The position numbers and the translations under genes are program-made. DNA of 60,505 bases from a virus (lineage: Duplodnaviria; Caudoviricetes). Within the stretch, counting starts at the first letter, position 1, and each line of letters begins with the position of its first letter. The notes under the pieces are model-generated. The model searched no databases. It was given only the letters and a program-made list of their open reading frames with translations, and had not been told where the DNA came from. The stretch spans positions 1 through 60,505 of IMG/VR virus record IMGVR_UViG_3300032213_000971; one strand, 5' to 3'. Below, one piece after another: positions 19,891-28,788 of this stretch.

Positions 19891-20439
19891 ATGTACGCCA
19901 ACGAAATCACCATCCCAGCAGCATACTTTGACGAAGTCGCTGCTCAAGACCTGAACGCTCTGCCACAAGATCAAGAGATCCGCCTCAAAGGCAAAGGCAA
20001 GCAATACGTCATCAACCGCAACGATCCGAAGCTCGCGGTCTTCATCGGCATCGCCAAGCTGGAGTACAAAGACAGCGGCTCTGCTTCCGCCGAAAACCTC
20101 CTCCGCGCTCTGGAAAAGCAGGGTGTTCCTACTGGCGCAAATCTCCCGGTGCGCGAGGCCAAGCCTGTCACCCGGAAGACCAATGCCATCGGGGATCGTC
20201 GCAACCTGATCGTCACGATCACCCCGGACGGAGATCTGATCCTGCGCCCTGCTGGTCGCCGCAAGAGCATCAGCATTAGCCTCTCGACGGTCTACACGCT
20301 CGCAGTCAACGCCGAGGCTCGCAAGGCTATCGCAGTAGCCAAGGCCGCTCGCAAGGAGCGCAAGGCCCAACGCCGGGCCGAGCGTGATGCTGCCGTGCTG
20401 GCATTCAAGGCCAACCCCAGCCAGATCACCCTGCGCTGA
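19891..20439 (+). CDS. Early hypothetical protein, basic C-terminus
   Basis: First gene after P1; strong C-ending codon bias. Confidence 0.8.
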   Translation: MYANEITIPAAYFDEVAAQDLNALPQDQEIRLKGKGKQYVINRNDPKLAVFIGIAKLEYKDSGSASAENLLRALEKQGVPTGANLPVREAKPVTRKTNAIGDRRNLIVTITPDGDLILRPAGRRKSISISLSTVYTLAVNAEARKAIAVAKAARKERKAQRRAERDAAVLAFKANPSQITLR

Positions 20440-20449
20440 TCACTCACCC

Positions 20450-20475
20450 GGCCCCGGGTTCGATCCCCGGGGCCA
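20450..20475 (+). other. T-loop hairpin (tRNA minihelix-like)
   Basis: GGCCCCGGG-TTCGATC-CCCGGGGCC-A: perfect 9-bp stem with a TPsiC-like loop. Confidence 0.7.
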
Positions 20476-20494
20476 CAACCACACCAATAAATCC

Positions 20495-20764
20495 ATGAAT
20501 CGATACATCGCAGCCACCGTCAAGTACCTCCCGGTTACAGACTCCCGGGGTTCCCGGGTGAAGATCACACTTCCCCGCTTCAAGGTCTCCAAGACCATCC
20601 CGTTCGATCACCAGTACAACAACAGCGAGGACATCGCGATTGCGTTCCTGAATGACAACGGTGTATCCATCGAAGGCACCGCAGAACTCGACAACGGCAG
20701 CGTCCTGATAATTGATTGGACGGTCGCTAACCGATTCGCTCTTGAGCAGCTATCCAAATTCTGA
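20495..20764 (+). CDS. Early hypothetical protein
   Basis: ATG after A/C-rich leader; TVKYLP.TDSRGSRVK motif common in small phage early proteins. Confidence 0.75.
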   Translation: MNRYIAATVKYLPVTDSRGSRVKITLPRFKVSKTIPFDHQYNNSEDIAIAFLNDNGVSIEGTAELDNGSVLIIDWTVANRFALEQLSKF

Positions 20765-20766
20765 TC

Positions 20767-21453
20767 ATGAGCATCCACAGCACACCAGCAGTTGCCCGGG
20801 TATACAGCGATGGCGGACGTTCGGCTGTAGACAAGGCGTACAACGACACCAATGCCTGCACGGTGAACGCACTAGCTAACTGCACCGGGTGGGATTACGC
20901 GCTGTGCCACGACATTGCAGCGATGTCCGGGAGGTGGAATGGCAAAGGCCACAATCCTGTCCAGTTGCTAAAGCTGGCAGGAAGGTTTGGCGCAAAGAAC
21001 CGCAAGCTGACCCGTATAACGTACAGCAACCCGTGGACGCTTCAGAAGTTCATTAAAAAGAACCCGACCGGGAACTTCTACGTCTGCACATCTCATCACG
21101 CATTTTCCATTGTTGACGGTGTCGTCAAGGATTGGCTGCACAACGGTGACATGTGCCGACTTGTTCAAGTCTGGAGGATCACCGGGACTGTCTACAACGG
21201 ACGCAAGCCCAAGCGTCCAGTAGTTACGAAAAAGCCCCGGAAGCCACGGGAAAAGCGTGTAGAGTACACGGTTCGCCTTCGTGACAAGGAAGGTGACGCA
21301 TACGATGTCTGGTATTATGAAGACCGGGCAGAGGCTATTAAGGAGGCCCGGGAGTTTCCGCTAGACGATGTGACTTGGGCAGTAGATGTCGAGAGCGTGA
21401 GCATCGGTAGCTACAACTGGAAGATCATCTACAGCAGGAGCCGCAAATCATGA
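20767..21453 (+). CDS. Early hypothetical protein (CTVNAL...HAF motif)
   Basis: DGGR..CTV.AL and HAFSIVDG motifs suggest a Cys/His papain-like fold; tentative. Confidence 0.7.
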   Translation: MSIHSTPAVARVYSDGGRSAVDKAYNDTNACTVNALANCTGWDYALCHDIAAMSGRWNGKGHNPVQLLKLAGRFGAKNRKLTRITYSNPWTLQKFIKKNPTGNFYVCTSHHAFSIVDGVVKDWLHNGDMCRLVQVWRITGTVYNGRKPKRPVVTKKPRKPREKRVEYTVRLRDKEGDAYDVWYYEDRAEAIKEAREFPLDDVTWAVDVESVSIGSYNWKIIYSRSRKS

Positions 21454-21713
21454 ATGACCAAGCCGTCATGCGCTTCGCTGCGTACCTAATCCAGTCTTCC
21501 CGGGCAATGGATAGAAAGTGGGCATACGTCCCGCCGCATCAGTTCCCGTTACGAGAGGTGCCGGGAACATGGGAACCATCAGGACGCTCAAATTTCGATT
21601 CCCGGGAAATGGCATATCACGGCACCGGGAGCCTTGCCCCGACCGGGAATCCTCACAGGTGCCTTACTGCCTGCCTACATCACCGTGCTTGGATAGCAAC
21701 AGACCCTCTATGA
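21450..21713 (+). CDS. Hypothetical protein
   Basis: ATGA coupling at both ends. Confidence 0.55.
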   Translation: MNDQAVMRFAAYLIQSSRAMDRKWAYVPPHQFPLREVPGTWEPSGRSNFDSREMAYHGTGSLAPTGNPHRCLTACLHHRAWIATDPL

Positions 21714-21859
21714 ACATCACCCAACAGATCCTGTGCCGCCGAGAATTCGCAGAATGGGCCTTAAAACACCGCCTCCCGGTGAAAAGGTATCCCGAGTACG
21801 GCAAGCGCATATTCGCCATTTACGAGGCATCGTGGAAGCGGCATCATAACGTCAAATGA
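21710..21859 (+). CDS. Small hypothetical protein
   Basis: ATGA-coupled; starts MNITQQ. Confidence 0.55.
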   Translation: MNITQQILCRREFAEWALKHRLPVKRYPEYGKRIFAIYEASWKRHHNVK

Positions 21860-22077
21860 CCGCAATGCTAATCATCGCAGACGCTGATGCTCCGCTACCG
21901 GGCGCAGTTCCTGAATTCTGCCACCACCTTGATTTTAAGGCATGGATCACGCATGACATTCCTAGGCTAATAGAAGCCGGGGTCTCCCGGTGCGTGTATC
22001 TTACTCCGCACTATCATGCCCGGGTGGAACTCGACCGGGAAAACAGACACGGGGAAATAGAACTAAATGTGCTATGA
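21856..22077 (+). CDS. Hypothetical protein
   Basis: ATGA-coupled chain. Confidence 0.6.
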   Translation: MTAMLIIADADAPLPGAVPEFCHHLDFKAWITHDIPRLIEAGVSRCVYLTPHYHARVELDRENRHGEIELNVL

Positions 22078-22370
22078 GCTTCCGCCGAATCTGCTTTGCC
22101 ACTATTAACGGTCGCCGCTGGGAAATCGGTTTTGGTTTCCCGGGAAAGACGAAGGGCAAAGTCGATGAGGGAGTTGCGAACTACGAACGCAGGCGCATCG
22201 TGTTACGCCGCAAGATCAAGGGGAGGAAATGCAGCCTGCTTGACGGGGCCATACACGAACTGCTCCATGCCGCAGTTCCATCCCTGAATGAGGAAGTGGT
22301 GGACGATTTCGGGGAACTTTGTGGCCGGGTGCTGCCCAAGCTATTGGCTGCGGAGGCCGACAAACACTAG
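22074..22370 (+). CDS. Small zincin-like protein (HExxH)
   Basis: AIHELLHA motif followed by E; ATGA coupling. Confidence 0.65.
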   Translation: MSFRRICFATINGRRWEIGFGFPGKTKGKVDEGVANYERRRIVLRRKIKGRKCSLLDGAIHELLHAAVPSLNEEVVDDFGELCGRVLPKLLAAEADKH

Positions 22371-22395
22371 ATCCCGTGGGCATGAAAATTTATCG

Positions 22396-22440
22396 TTGAC
22401 GAAACCCAAGCGGGGGCTGATACTCCCCCTGACAGTAAAC
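22396..22440 (+). promoter_or_regulatory. Sigma70-type early promoter P2
   Basis: TTGACG-17bp-GATACT, then TGACAGTAAAC. Confidence 0.7.
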
Positions 22441-22459
22441 CTCAACCATAAATAAATAC

Positions 22460-23164
22460 ATGAAACACAAGCTCGCTAACGCAACGGTCATCGGGTTCTT
22501 TTCTCTCCCGTCACCATCCCTCGCGGAACACAATCCATCCGCCTACTACAACGCAATGGCGAACTCCCCATCTGGTGCAGGAACCTGTTCTCATTGCGGT
22601 ACTGGCATCGTCCACCATGTCGTCATTCGCGATGAGTCTGGCAAGACCCGCTTCATTGGAACGCAATGCGCCGAGAAGGTTGGGATTGACCCAGAGGCTA
22701 TTCGCCTTCGTAAATCCAGAGAGCAGATCGATGCTGAAAAGGCCGCTCACGAAGAGTACCTTGCCAATTTCGATGCTACCGTTTTCGATGGCGGCAAGTA
22801 CGCTGGTCGCAAGATCGCTGATGTGCTGGTAGAGGACGAGCAGTACGTCCGTTGGTTTGTGAGCCGTTATCCCTCCAATGAGGAACTAAAGCGTCAGATC
22901 GATACCTGTGAGGCTCTCTTGGCTCCTATCCGCAATGCAGAGCAGGCCGCTCGCAACACGCAACGCCAAAAACTCATAGAGGTCTTGGGCGAGCAGTTCC
23001 TTCGCTCGTACATCAACCATAACGAGCGAGGCTTCTGCCATGATGTGGCAACGCAGATCCTTGGAATCCGTTTCAGCTACGAGCGAGGCGGTTGCGTGGA
23101 AATCGCAGAACGGACGCTGGGAAGACGCAGAGCAGGGCAGTTCTGCCGAAGTATATCCCCGTGA
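22460..23164 (+). CDS. Zn-finger plus DUF3820-like protein, C-terminus possibly chimeric
   Basis: CSHCG..GTQC motif and FDGGKYAGRKIADV...YVRW motif. Confidence 0.7.
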   Translation: MKHKLANATVIGFFSLPSPSLAEHNPSAYYNAMANSPSGAGTCSHCGTGIVHHVVIRDESGKTRFIGTQCAEKVGIDPEAIRLRKSREQIDAEKAAHEEYLANFDATVFDGGKYAGRKIADVLVEDEQYVRWFVSRYPSNEELKRQIDTCEALLAPIRNAEQAARNTQRQKLIEVLGEQFLRSYINHNERGFCHDVATQILGIRFSYERGGCVEIAERTLGRRRAGQFCRSISP

Positions 23165-23241
23165 GTGCGAGGAATGCGGCAAGGAAGTTGATCTTGAGGA
23201 AGTAGAAGAGGCTTGCAGTTAACCACCAACACAACAAACCC

Positions 23242-23427
23242 ATGACATACACCGAACATCAGGAGTTCTCGCAAATTGAAAAAACATGCGAGGAAGTACG
23301 CAAGGAAAACTTGGATCTACGTTTCGAGATCCTTGGTTACCGCCTCCAGCTACAGGAGTTAATTCGCCTGAATAGCCTAGGGAAGACCCGGGAAATAGCT
23401 GTACGCATTGAAGCCATACTAAAATGA
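23242..23427 (+). CDS. Small coiled-coil protein
   Basis: A/C-rich leader and ATG. Confidence 0.65.
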   Translation: MTYTEHQEFSQIEKTCEEVRKENLDLRFEILGYRLQLQELIRLNSLGKTREIAVRIEAILK

Positions 23428-23588
23428 GAACACACTCTTTGTCCTTAACCGACAACCAATGGCTTGAACTGCTTTCCGTTCTTTTGGGAGAGGCAGAAAC
23501 CCTTTGCAACTCTCAAGACAAAAACCAACGCAAAGAGGGGCGAACGCTTTGCCTCATCATCAATAAACTCCGGGAGTACAAAAATAAT
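23424..23588 (+). CDS. Small hypothetical protein (54 aa, not in ORF track)
   Basis: ATGA-coupled; MRTHSLSLTDNQWLELL...YKK. Confidence 0.55.
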
Positions 23589-23769
23589 ACCAATCAGTAA
23601 TGAACCCTGAATATTACGGACAGATCATATTGTGGTTTCTGGAAGGAGTTGTGAAAACAGCTATCCCTATATCCACAGTTATCGTTGCTTACAAATTACT
23701 CAACGTCTCAAGATAACCGTTAATAATTATATGTTGACGCAAGAAACCCAAGCTGATAATCACCCGGTC

Positions 23770-23973
23770 ATGGATCTGCATCCATTCGACGCAGGGAAGG
23801 CTGAAATGGCAGAGATTATAGCTTCTGCCATCTACGAGCGTTATTACCTATTTCACAGAAAGTGGCACGGCAAAGACAACGATATTACAAAGATCTTGTA
23901 CAACATACTGTCCGATATCCGTGACATTCAGGCAACTGACCTTACTACCAACGAGCCAACAAACGATGAATAA
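23770..23973 (+). CDS. Hypothetical protein
   Basis: ATG just downstream of TTGACG at 23734. Confidence 0.55.
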   Translation: MDLHPFDAGKAEMAEIIASAIYERYYLFHRKWHGKDNDITKILYNILSDIRDIQATDLTTNEPTNDE

Positions 23974-24334
23974 ATACACAAAGCTGATAAAAGCACTTTT
24001 TAACTGGAAAGCTCAAAAAGAACGTAACCAGAAGAAAAAGGAGTTGGCATCCCATGTCCGCTATGTCGGCATGGAGGAGTACACTCTGGTTGGATCTGAT
24101 CGTGTGCTAATGGTGCATTCTAGGTCTAAATGTCAGGGACAACATTGCTGCATACACAATCCTAGCGATCACCATATGCGCGATTGGCCGCAGAACTGGC
24201 GAGGTGACCGAGGGATCATGGAACGGATTTGTCCGCATGGCATCGGCCATCCTGACCCGGATGACCCGAAGACCAAAAACAAATACGAAGCGATCCACGG
24301 GTGTGACGGTTGCTGCCATCCTCCAACCAAATAA
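23966..24334 (+). CDS. Cys/His-rich putative metal-binding protein
   Basis: CCIHNPSDHHM, ERICPHGIGHPDPD and HGCDGCC motifs. Confidence 0.75.
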   Translation: MNKYTKLIKALFNWKAQKERNQKKKELASHVRYVGMEEYTLVGSDRVLMVHSRSKCQGQHCCIHNPSDHHMRDWPQNWRGDRGIMERICPHGIGHPDPDDPKTKNKYEAIHGCDGCCHPPTK

Positions 24335-24477
24335 AGCCATGATGTCGCTACGAGAATATAAACAGGCGCATGTATACAAGCCATGCATACCATACATTTG
24401 GGTATTTCTTGACAGGCTTGGAGTACTAGATAAAAAGTATCGCCTCACTTGCAACGGTCGCAAATAACAATTAACCA

Positions 24478-24717
24478 ATGACTACAATGAATCGAATCAA
24501 TAAAAAATTCAATTTCCCGGCGTTTCCTGTCGCTCCCTACCAAGGCGATAGGAATAATCCTCCAATCAAAAGCAATACAGGCATGAGCATGCGTGCATTC
24601 TTTGCTGCTTCTGCAATGTCTGGTATTGCATCTACCGACGATGGTACTGACCCTGAAAAGGCAGCGAAGATGGCTTTTGACCTAGCTGACGCAATGATGC
24701 AATATGTAACGGAATAA
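24478..24717 (+). CDS. Conserved small phage protein
   Basis: PAFP...GMSMR.FFAA.AM..A..AF.LADAM pattern. Confidence 0.75.
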   Translation: MTTMNRINKKFNFPAFPVAPYQGDRNNPPIKSNTGMSMRAFFAASAMSGIASTDDGTDPEKAAKMAFDLADAMMQYVTE

Positions 24718-24907
24718 TATGAACAACAATTCTACATATCTCAAAGTTGGAACACCTGAAATCCGAGTCGGCCTGACTGCTGCTAAAAAAAACATTCCGA
24801 TGGAATCGAAGTCGAAGAAGTCGGAGATGCCGAAAGACAAGAAGCGTCTAATCAAGATGCCGAAGCGTGCAAAGATGTAACAGAAAACAACCAACCAAAT
24901 AAACACA

Positions 24908-25249
24908 ATGAGCGAAAATACAACAGAAGAGACCAAATCAAATATCGTCCAGCTTCCTACGCAGGACAACCAACCTCCTGCATCGGATGTTTCCGAGACC
25001 CCTGCTGCCGAACCAACCGCTGAAGAGACTACCGGGGAGGCAGATCACATCCAGAAGGTCATTGAGAATGTTGATCTAAACACGATCACCCGTGACGACA
25101 TCTTTGTTGACCTAATCAACAAGAGCAAGCTGTTCGCCTTCAACCTCCTCATCGCAGCAGCCCTGCTTGAGAAGCTGATTATCAAAGACAGGAGCGAGGC
25201 AGAGCAGGCAACTCCTGAAGCAGCACCAGAGGATCAAGCTGTAAGCTGA
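24908..25249 (+). CDS. Acidic hypothetical protein
   Basis: A/C-rich leader; 113 aa. Confidence 0.7.
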   Translation: MSENTTEETKSNIVQLPTQDNQPPASDVSETPAAEPTAEETTGEADHIQKVIENVDLNTITRDDIFVDLINKSKLFAFNLLIAAALLEKLIIKDRSEAEQATPEAAPEDQAVS

Positions 25250-25373
25250 TGCCTAAAAAGCCAATTACAAAGAGCTTCCCCCCGGCTGACGACATTTTGC
25301 GAAAACAGGGTGCTCGTCCAGCCAGCGAAGTTCTTCAATCCCCAACAACCAATAAATCAAAACCAAAAATCAA

Positions 25374-25559
25374 ATGAGCAATTCAAATACATCTGGAATG
25401 TCCGCAGGAACTGTCCTGCTTATTGTATTCATCACTCTTAAACTTTGCGGCGTTATCGCATGGTCGTGGTGGTGGGTGCTTTCTCCGCTTTGGATTCCGT
25501 TGGTTTTTCTTGCGGTTATTATGCTAATCTGCGTCATCATCGCTTTCCTAGTGCCGTGA
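25374..25559 (+). CDS. Small membrane protein
   Basis: LKLCGVIAWSWWWVLSPLW motif; two hydrophobic helices. Confidence 0.8.
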   Translation: MSNSNTSGMSAGTVLLIVFITLKLCGVIAWSWWWVLSPLWIPLVFLAVIMLICVIIAFLVP

Positions 25560-25724
25560 AAAAGACCAACTACTTCAAACGAGTAGCAAGCCCTATTGCT
25601 GGTTCTGAAGTTGCCGTAAAAGCCCGGACGCATTCTTTGAAAAAAGCCACCCCGGCAACCAAAGCTAATAACCCACAGCGCATGGACATCATGCGTCGAT
25701 ACGAATTAAGCAGTAGGAACAACA

Positions 25725-25964
25725 ATGAATAATACAGACATCAATTTCCCTGACGCTGTAACTCACCCGGCTCACTACACGGCACACCCGTCTGGTGTTG
25801 AGTGCATTCAGGTTACGGAGCATTTTGGGTTTTGCCTAGGTAATGCCATTAAGTATATTTGGAGGGCAGGGCTGAAATCTAAAGACCCAACGGAAGACTT
25901 GGAAAAAGCCATCTTTTACATCCGCAGAGAGATCCAAAGAATTAACACAAATGAGTCTATCTGA
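25725..25964 (+). CDS. DUF3310 (SaV-like) protein
   Basis: VTHPAHY..ECI..GFCLGNAIKYIWRAG.K..EDL.KA.FY. Confidence 0.9.
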   Translation: MNNTDINFPDAVTHPAHYTAHPSGVECIQVTEHFGFCLGNAIKYIWRAGLKSKDPTEDLEKAIFYIRREIQRINTNESI

Positions 25965-26262
25965 AGATTGCAGGCATTGGACAACCCCTAGGTGGCTTTC
26001 GTGCATTTACGAAAGGCTTCTTCAGCCGTTTTCTGTAACGATTGACGGCACACTTCCTGTGTCTGGATCTGTTTCGGTAGATAATTTCCCAGCGCAAAGA
26101 TCATCATCGTATTCACTGCCTGTATTCACGCGAAGAACATTTGTATCTACTGATGGTAACATCACGCAGATTAATTATTTCAATGGAGCAACACAAGTTG
26201 CCAGCAGGAATCTGACATATAGTGCTGGAGCAATCGCAACAGACACCCTTACAATTCCATAA
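25951..26262 (+). CDS. Putative virion/fibre-associated protein
   Basis: Beta-rich; SVSVDNFP motif resembles SVSVSNFP in 50815..51195. Confidence 0.6.
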   Translation: MSLSEDCRHWTTPRWLSCIYERLLQPFSVTIDGTLPVSGSVSVDNFPAQRSSSYSLPVFTRRTFVSTDGNITQINYFNGATQVASRNLTYSAGAIATDTLTIP

Positions 26263-26266
26263 CCAT

Positions 26267-26482
26267 ATGAACGAACAAATCTCACTCGCATTCTCCGTAC
26301 AGCCTACTGGCTACACTTCTACATCAATTAGCATCATCCCAACCAAGGAAGATGGATCGCTGAATACGGATGCCATTGTGTCTGTGAACATTGCGTCCCC
26401 TATTGCTGGATCTCCAGAAGCAAACTTGGTTGAGTCAATCTCCACGGCTCTGTCTGATTACAGGACAGCAAAAAGTATCTAA
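26267..26482 (+). CDS. Small hypothetical protein
   Basis: Operon packing. Confidence 0.6.
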   Translation: MNEQISLAFSVQPTGYTSTSISIIPTKEDGSLNTDAIVSVNIASPIAGSPEANLVESISTALSDYRTAKSI

Positions 26483-26484
26483 TC

Positions 26485-27828
26485 ATGGCTACAAGATGGG
26501 CAGTCGCATCTGGTAACTGGTCGTCCAATGCAACTTGGAATGGAACCTCTTCCATACCCGGTAACGGAGATACTGTTTACGCCAACGGCTTTAACGTAAC
26601 AATCAACCAGAACGTAAGCATTGGTGGTGCAAACAATAGTTCTGTCAATGCAGGAAGTTTTTTAATTGGATCTCGTTATGTAATTACTTCCGTTGGATCT
26701 ACATCGTGGACTGCCATAGGTGCTTCAACCAATACTGTGGGTGTAATTTTTGTTGCAACTGGAGCTGGATCTGGAACAGGTGTTGCGTCAACAGTTGCAA
26801 GCATCAACACGAGTGCCATTGCCTCAATTCCAATTGCCACTGGCGGTTCTTTTACCATTGCTGATACGTTTACTTTAACCGCTGATGTTTACGCAGGAAC
26901 TACTACTTGTTTGTTGTTTTCAGCAAACTCTCCTGCAACTGCCGCTGTTGTTGGCAATATAACTAGTGGGGTCAACTCAAGAGGGTTGAACATAACTGGC
27001 ACAGGAACAATGAATGTCACGGGAAATGCAAATGGCACTCAAGGAGGATCTACTGGCCCTGCTATTGATAATACTTCAACAGGCGTTTTGAACTTTACTG
27101 GAAACGCAAGCGGTGGATCTATTACTAACTCATACGGAATTGCAAACTCTTCAACTGGCACGGTTATCATGGTTGGGAATGCGCTTCCAAGTAGTATAAC
27201 AAACTCAAGTGCCGCTGTTACAAACCTTGCGGGTGGATCATTTACATTAACTGGAAACGCAACGGGTGGTTTATCTGCTCCGGGTGCGTCTAATCAGGGA
27301 ACTGGGACATTTACTATAATTGGTAATGTTACTGCATCTACAAATCAGGCTGGATTTACTTCTACCAATCCTACTGCCACAAATAGAGCGTCAGGATCAA
27401 CATTTGATTCTGCGAATGGATTTGCGGCAATTTTTGCCGTTAGAATATTCCTAAATACAGCAGTAACAAATGGCGAAATACGGAAATCACTAAATGGAAC
27501 TTCAACATTCCAATCGTTCTACACAGCAGACTTCTCTGGATTCGGACAACCAGCCACTTCCAACGTGCGGTCTGGAGTAACTTATGCCGCTGGAGCTTTA
27601 ACAGGAACCGCCGCAATACCAGCCGCAGGATCAGTTGCTTTGGGTGTGCCAGTAGACGCAACTACTGGAACCGCTGTGCTTACAGCCGCAAACGTCCAGA
27701 CTGCTCTCACCTCGCAGGGATTGACAACCGCAAGGGCAACCAACCTAGACAATCTGGATGCTACGATTTCATCACGATCAACCATAACAGCATCACAAGT
27801 GCAAGCCGCAGTCCTACCGATTCTATGA
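26485..27828 (+). CDS. G/S/T/N-rich beta-helical fibre/spike-like protein
   Basis: SGNWSS.ATWNG start, repeated GNA.GG units, PATSNVRSGVTY motif. Confidence 0.75.
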   Translation: MATRWAVASGNWSSNATWNGTSSIPGNGDTVYANGFNVTINQNVSIGGANNSSVNAGSFLIGSRYVITSVGSTSWTAIGASTNTVGVIFVATGAGSGTGVASTVASINTSAIASIPIATGGSFTIADTFTLTADVYAGTTTCLLFSANSPATAAVVGNITSGVNSRGLNITGTGTMNVTGNANGTQGGSTGPAIDNTSTGVLNFTGNASGGSITNSYGIANSSTGTVIMVGNALPSSITNSSAAVTNLAGGSFTLTGNATGGLSAPGASNQGTGTFTIIGNVTASTNQAGFTSTNPTATNRASGSTFDSANGFAAIFAVRIFLNTAVTNGEIRKSLNGTSTFQSFYTADFSGFGQPATSNVRSGVTYAAGALTGTAAIPAAGSVALGVPVDATTGTAVLTAANVQTALTSQGLTTARATNLDNLDATISSRSTITASQVQAAVLPIL

Positions 27829-27998
27829 GCCAACCAATTCCTAAAAATCAGTTCGGCACAGGTGCCGGGAAAGGCGATGCAGAGCGTCCTGTGAATCGCA
27901 AGGTCTTCCGGGAAACGCTTGAGCGCATGAAGACGCATGGAATGCGTGGGAAGGTTGCCCGGGTGAACGGAATCAAGACAACTCTGGTATACAAGTGA
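27825..27998 (+). CDS. Small basic protein (not in ORF track)
   Basis: ATGA-coupled; MSQPIPKNQFGTGAGKGDAERPV. Confidence 0.55.
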   Translation: MSQPIPKNQFGTGAGKGDAERPVNRKVFRETLERMKTHGMRGKVARVNGIKTTLVYK

Positions 27999-28180
27999 AA
28001 AGGGAAAAATGGATGGCCGAGATTGGCCGTCTGGGCGGGTCATCCCGGTCAGAGCGGAAAGCGATTGCTGCGGCTAAAAACGGAGCAAAGGGAGGTCGTC
28101 CCCGGGTGGCTGTGCCTGCGCCCCTGCTTAAATACTGGCTCCAGACAGGGTCAAAAAAACCTGTTGACGCATCTCGCTGA
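27995..28180 (+). CDS. Small basic KGGRP-motif protein, putative DNA-binding
   Basis: EIGRLGG..SERKA.AA..NGAKGGRP. Confidence 0.7.
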   Translation: MKREKWMAEIGRLGGSSRSERKAIAAAKNGAKGGRPRVAVPAPLLKYWLQTGSKKPVDASR

Positions 28181-28212
28181 TCTTACTAGAGTCTTCCTGT
28201 CGGTAGAAACAC
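28153..28212 (+). promoter_or_regulatory. Sigma70-type promoter P3
   Basis: AAAAAACCTG-TTGACG-17bp-TAGAGT, then TGTCGGTAGAAACAC. Confidence 0.75.
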
Positions 28213-28233
28213 AACCATATAAATCAATACATC

Positions 28234-28431
28234 ATGAAACTCAACAAGCGCATTATCGACAAAGCAATCAAGCACCTTGATCTGCAAATCATCCATGAGC
28301 GTGGATCGGGATATTTTTATTTTGTCTCCCTTAAAACCGACACCACAGTCGGCGAGTCAGTCTACGTCTGCTACTACGACCACCTCACGCTCCAGCAATG
28401 GCTGGATAGGGCTGAAGAAGCAGCCCAATAA
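28234..28431 (+). CDS. Early hypothetical protein
   Basis: Single gene between P3 and P4. Confidence 0.75.
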   Translation: MKLNKRIIDKAIKHLDLQIIHERGSGYFYFVSLKTDTTVGESVYVCYYDHLTLQQWLDRAEEAAQ

Positions 28432-28435
28432 CCTG

Positions 28436-28494
28436 AAAAAACCTGTTGACGTACTCGCCTGAATCCCTACACTCGTCCCTGTCAGTAGAAACAT
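28436..28494 (+). promoter_or_regulatory. Sigma70-type promoter P4 (duplicate of P3)
   Basis: AAAAAACCTG-TTGACG-16bp-TACACT, then TGTCAGTAGAAACAT. Confidence 0.75.
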
Positions 28495-28513
28495 AAACCC
28501 AACACATACATAT

Positions 28514-28756
28514 ATGAATCTAACGCTCCCTGTTAAAACCATTCACGGCACCTCATGGAACTCTCTCTGCGAGGACTACGAAAACGCACGCATCGCGGTC
28601 GAGGAAGCCGCTAATGCACTCGCCAAGATCGAATTCAATTCCCGTGACTACGCAACGGGCACATGGATCGATGCGGTCAAGCAGCGGCACGACATCTACG
28701 AGAAGCTGTCCGAAGTCCGCGACTTCTTGATGACCCACTCAATTCACCTTTCCTAA
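28514..28756 (+). CDS. Early hypothetical protein
   Basis: IHGTS..L.E.Y...FNSRDY pattern; first gene after P4. Confidence 0.75.
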   Translation: MNLTLPVKTIHGTSWNSLCEDYENARIAVEEAANALAKIEFNSRDYATGTWIDAVKQRHDIYEKLSEVRDFLMTHSIHLS

Positions 28757-28788
28757 TCACCCAACAACCAAACCCAACACATACATAC

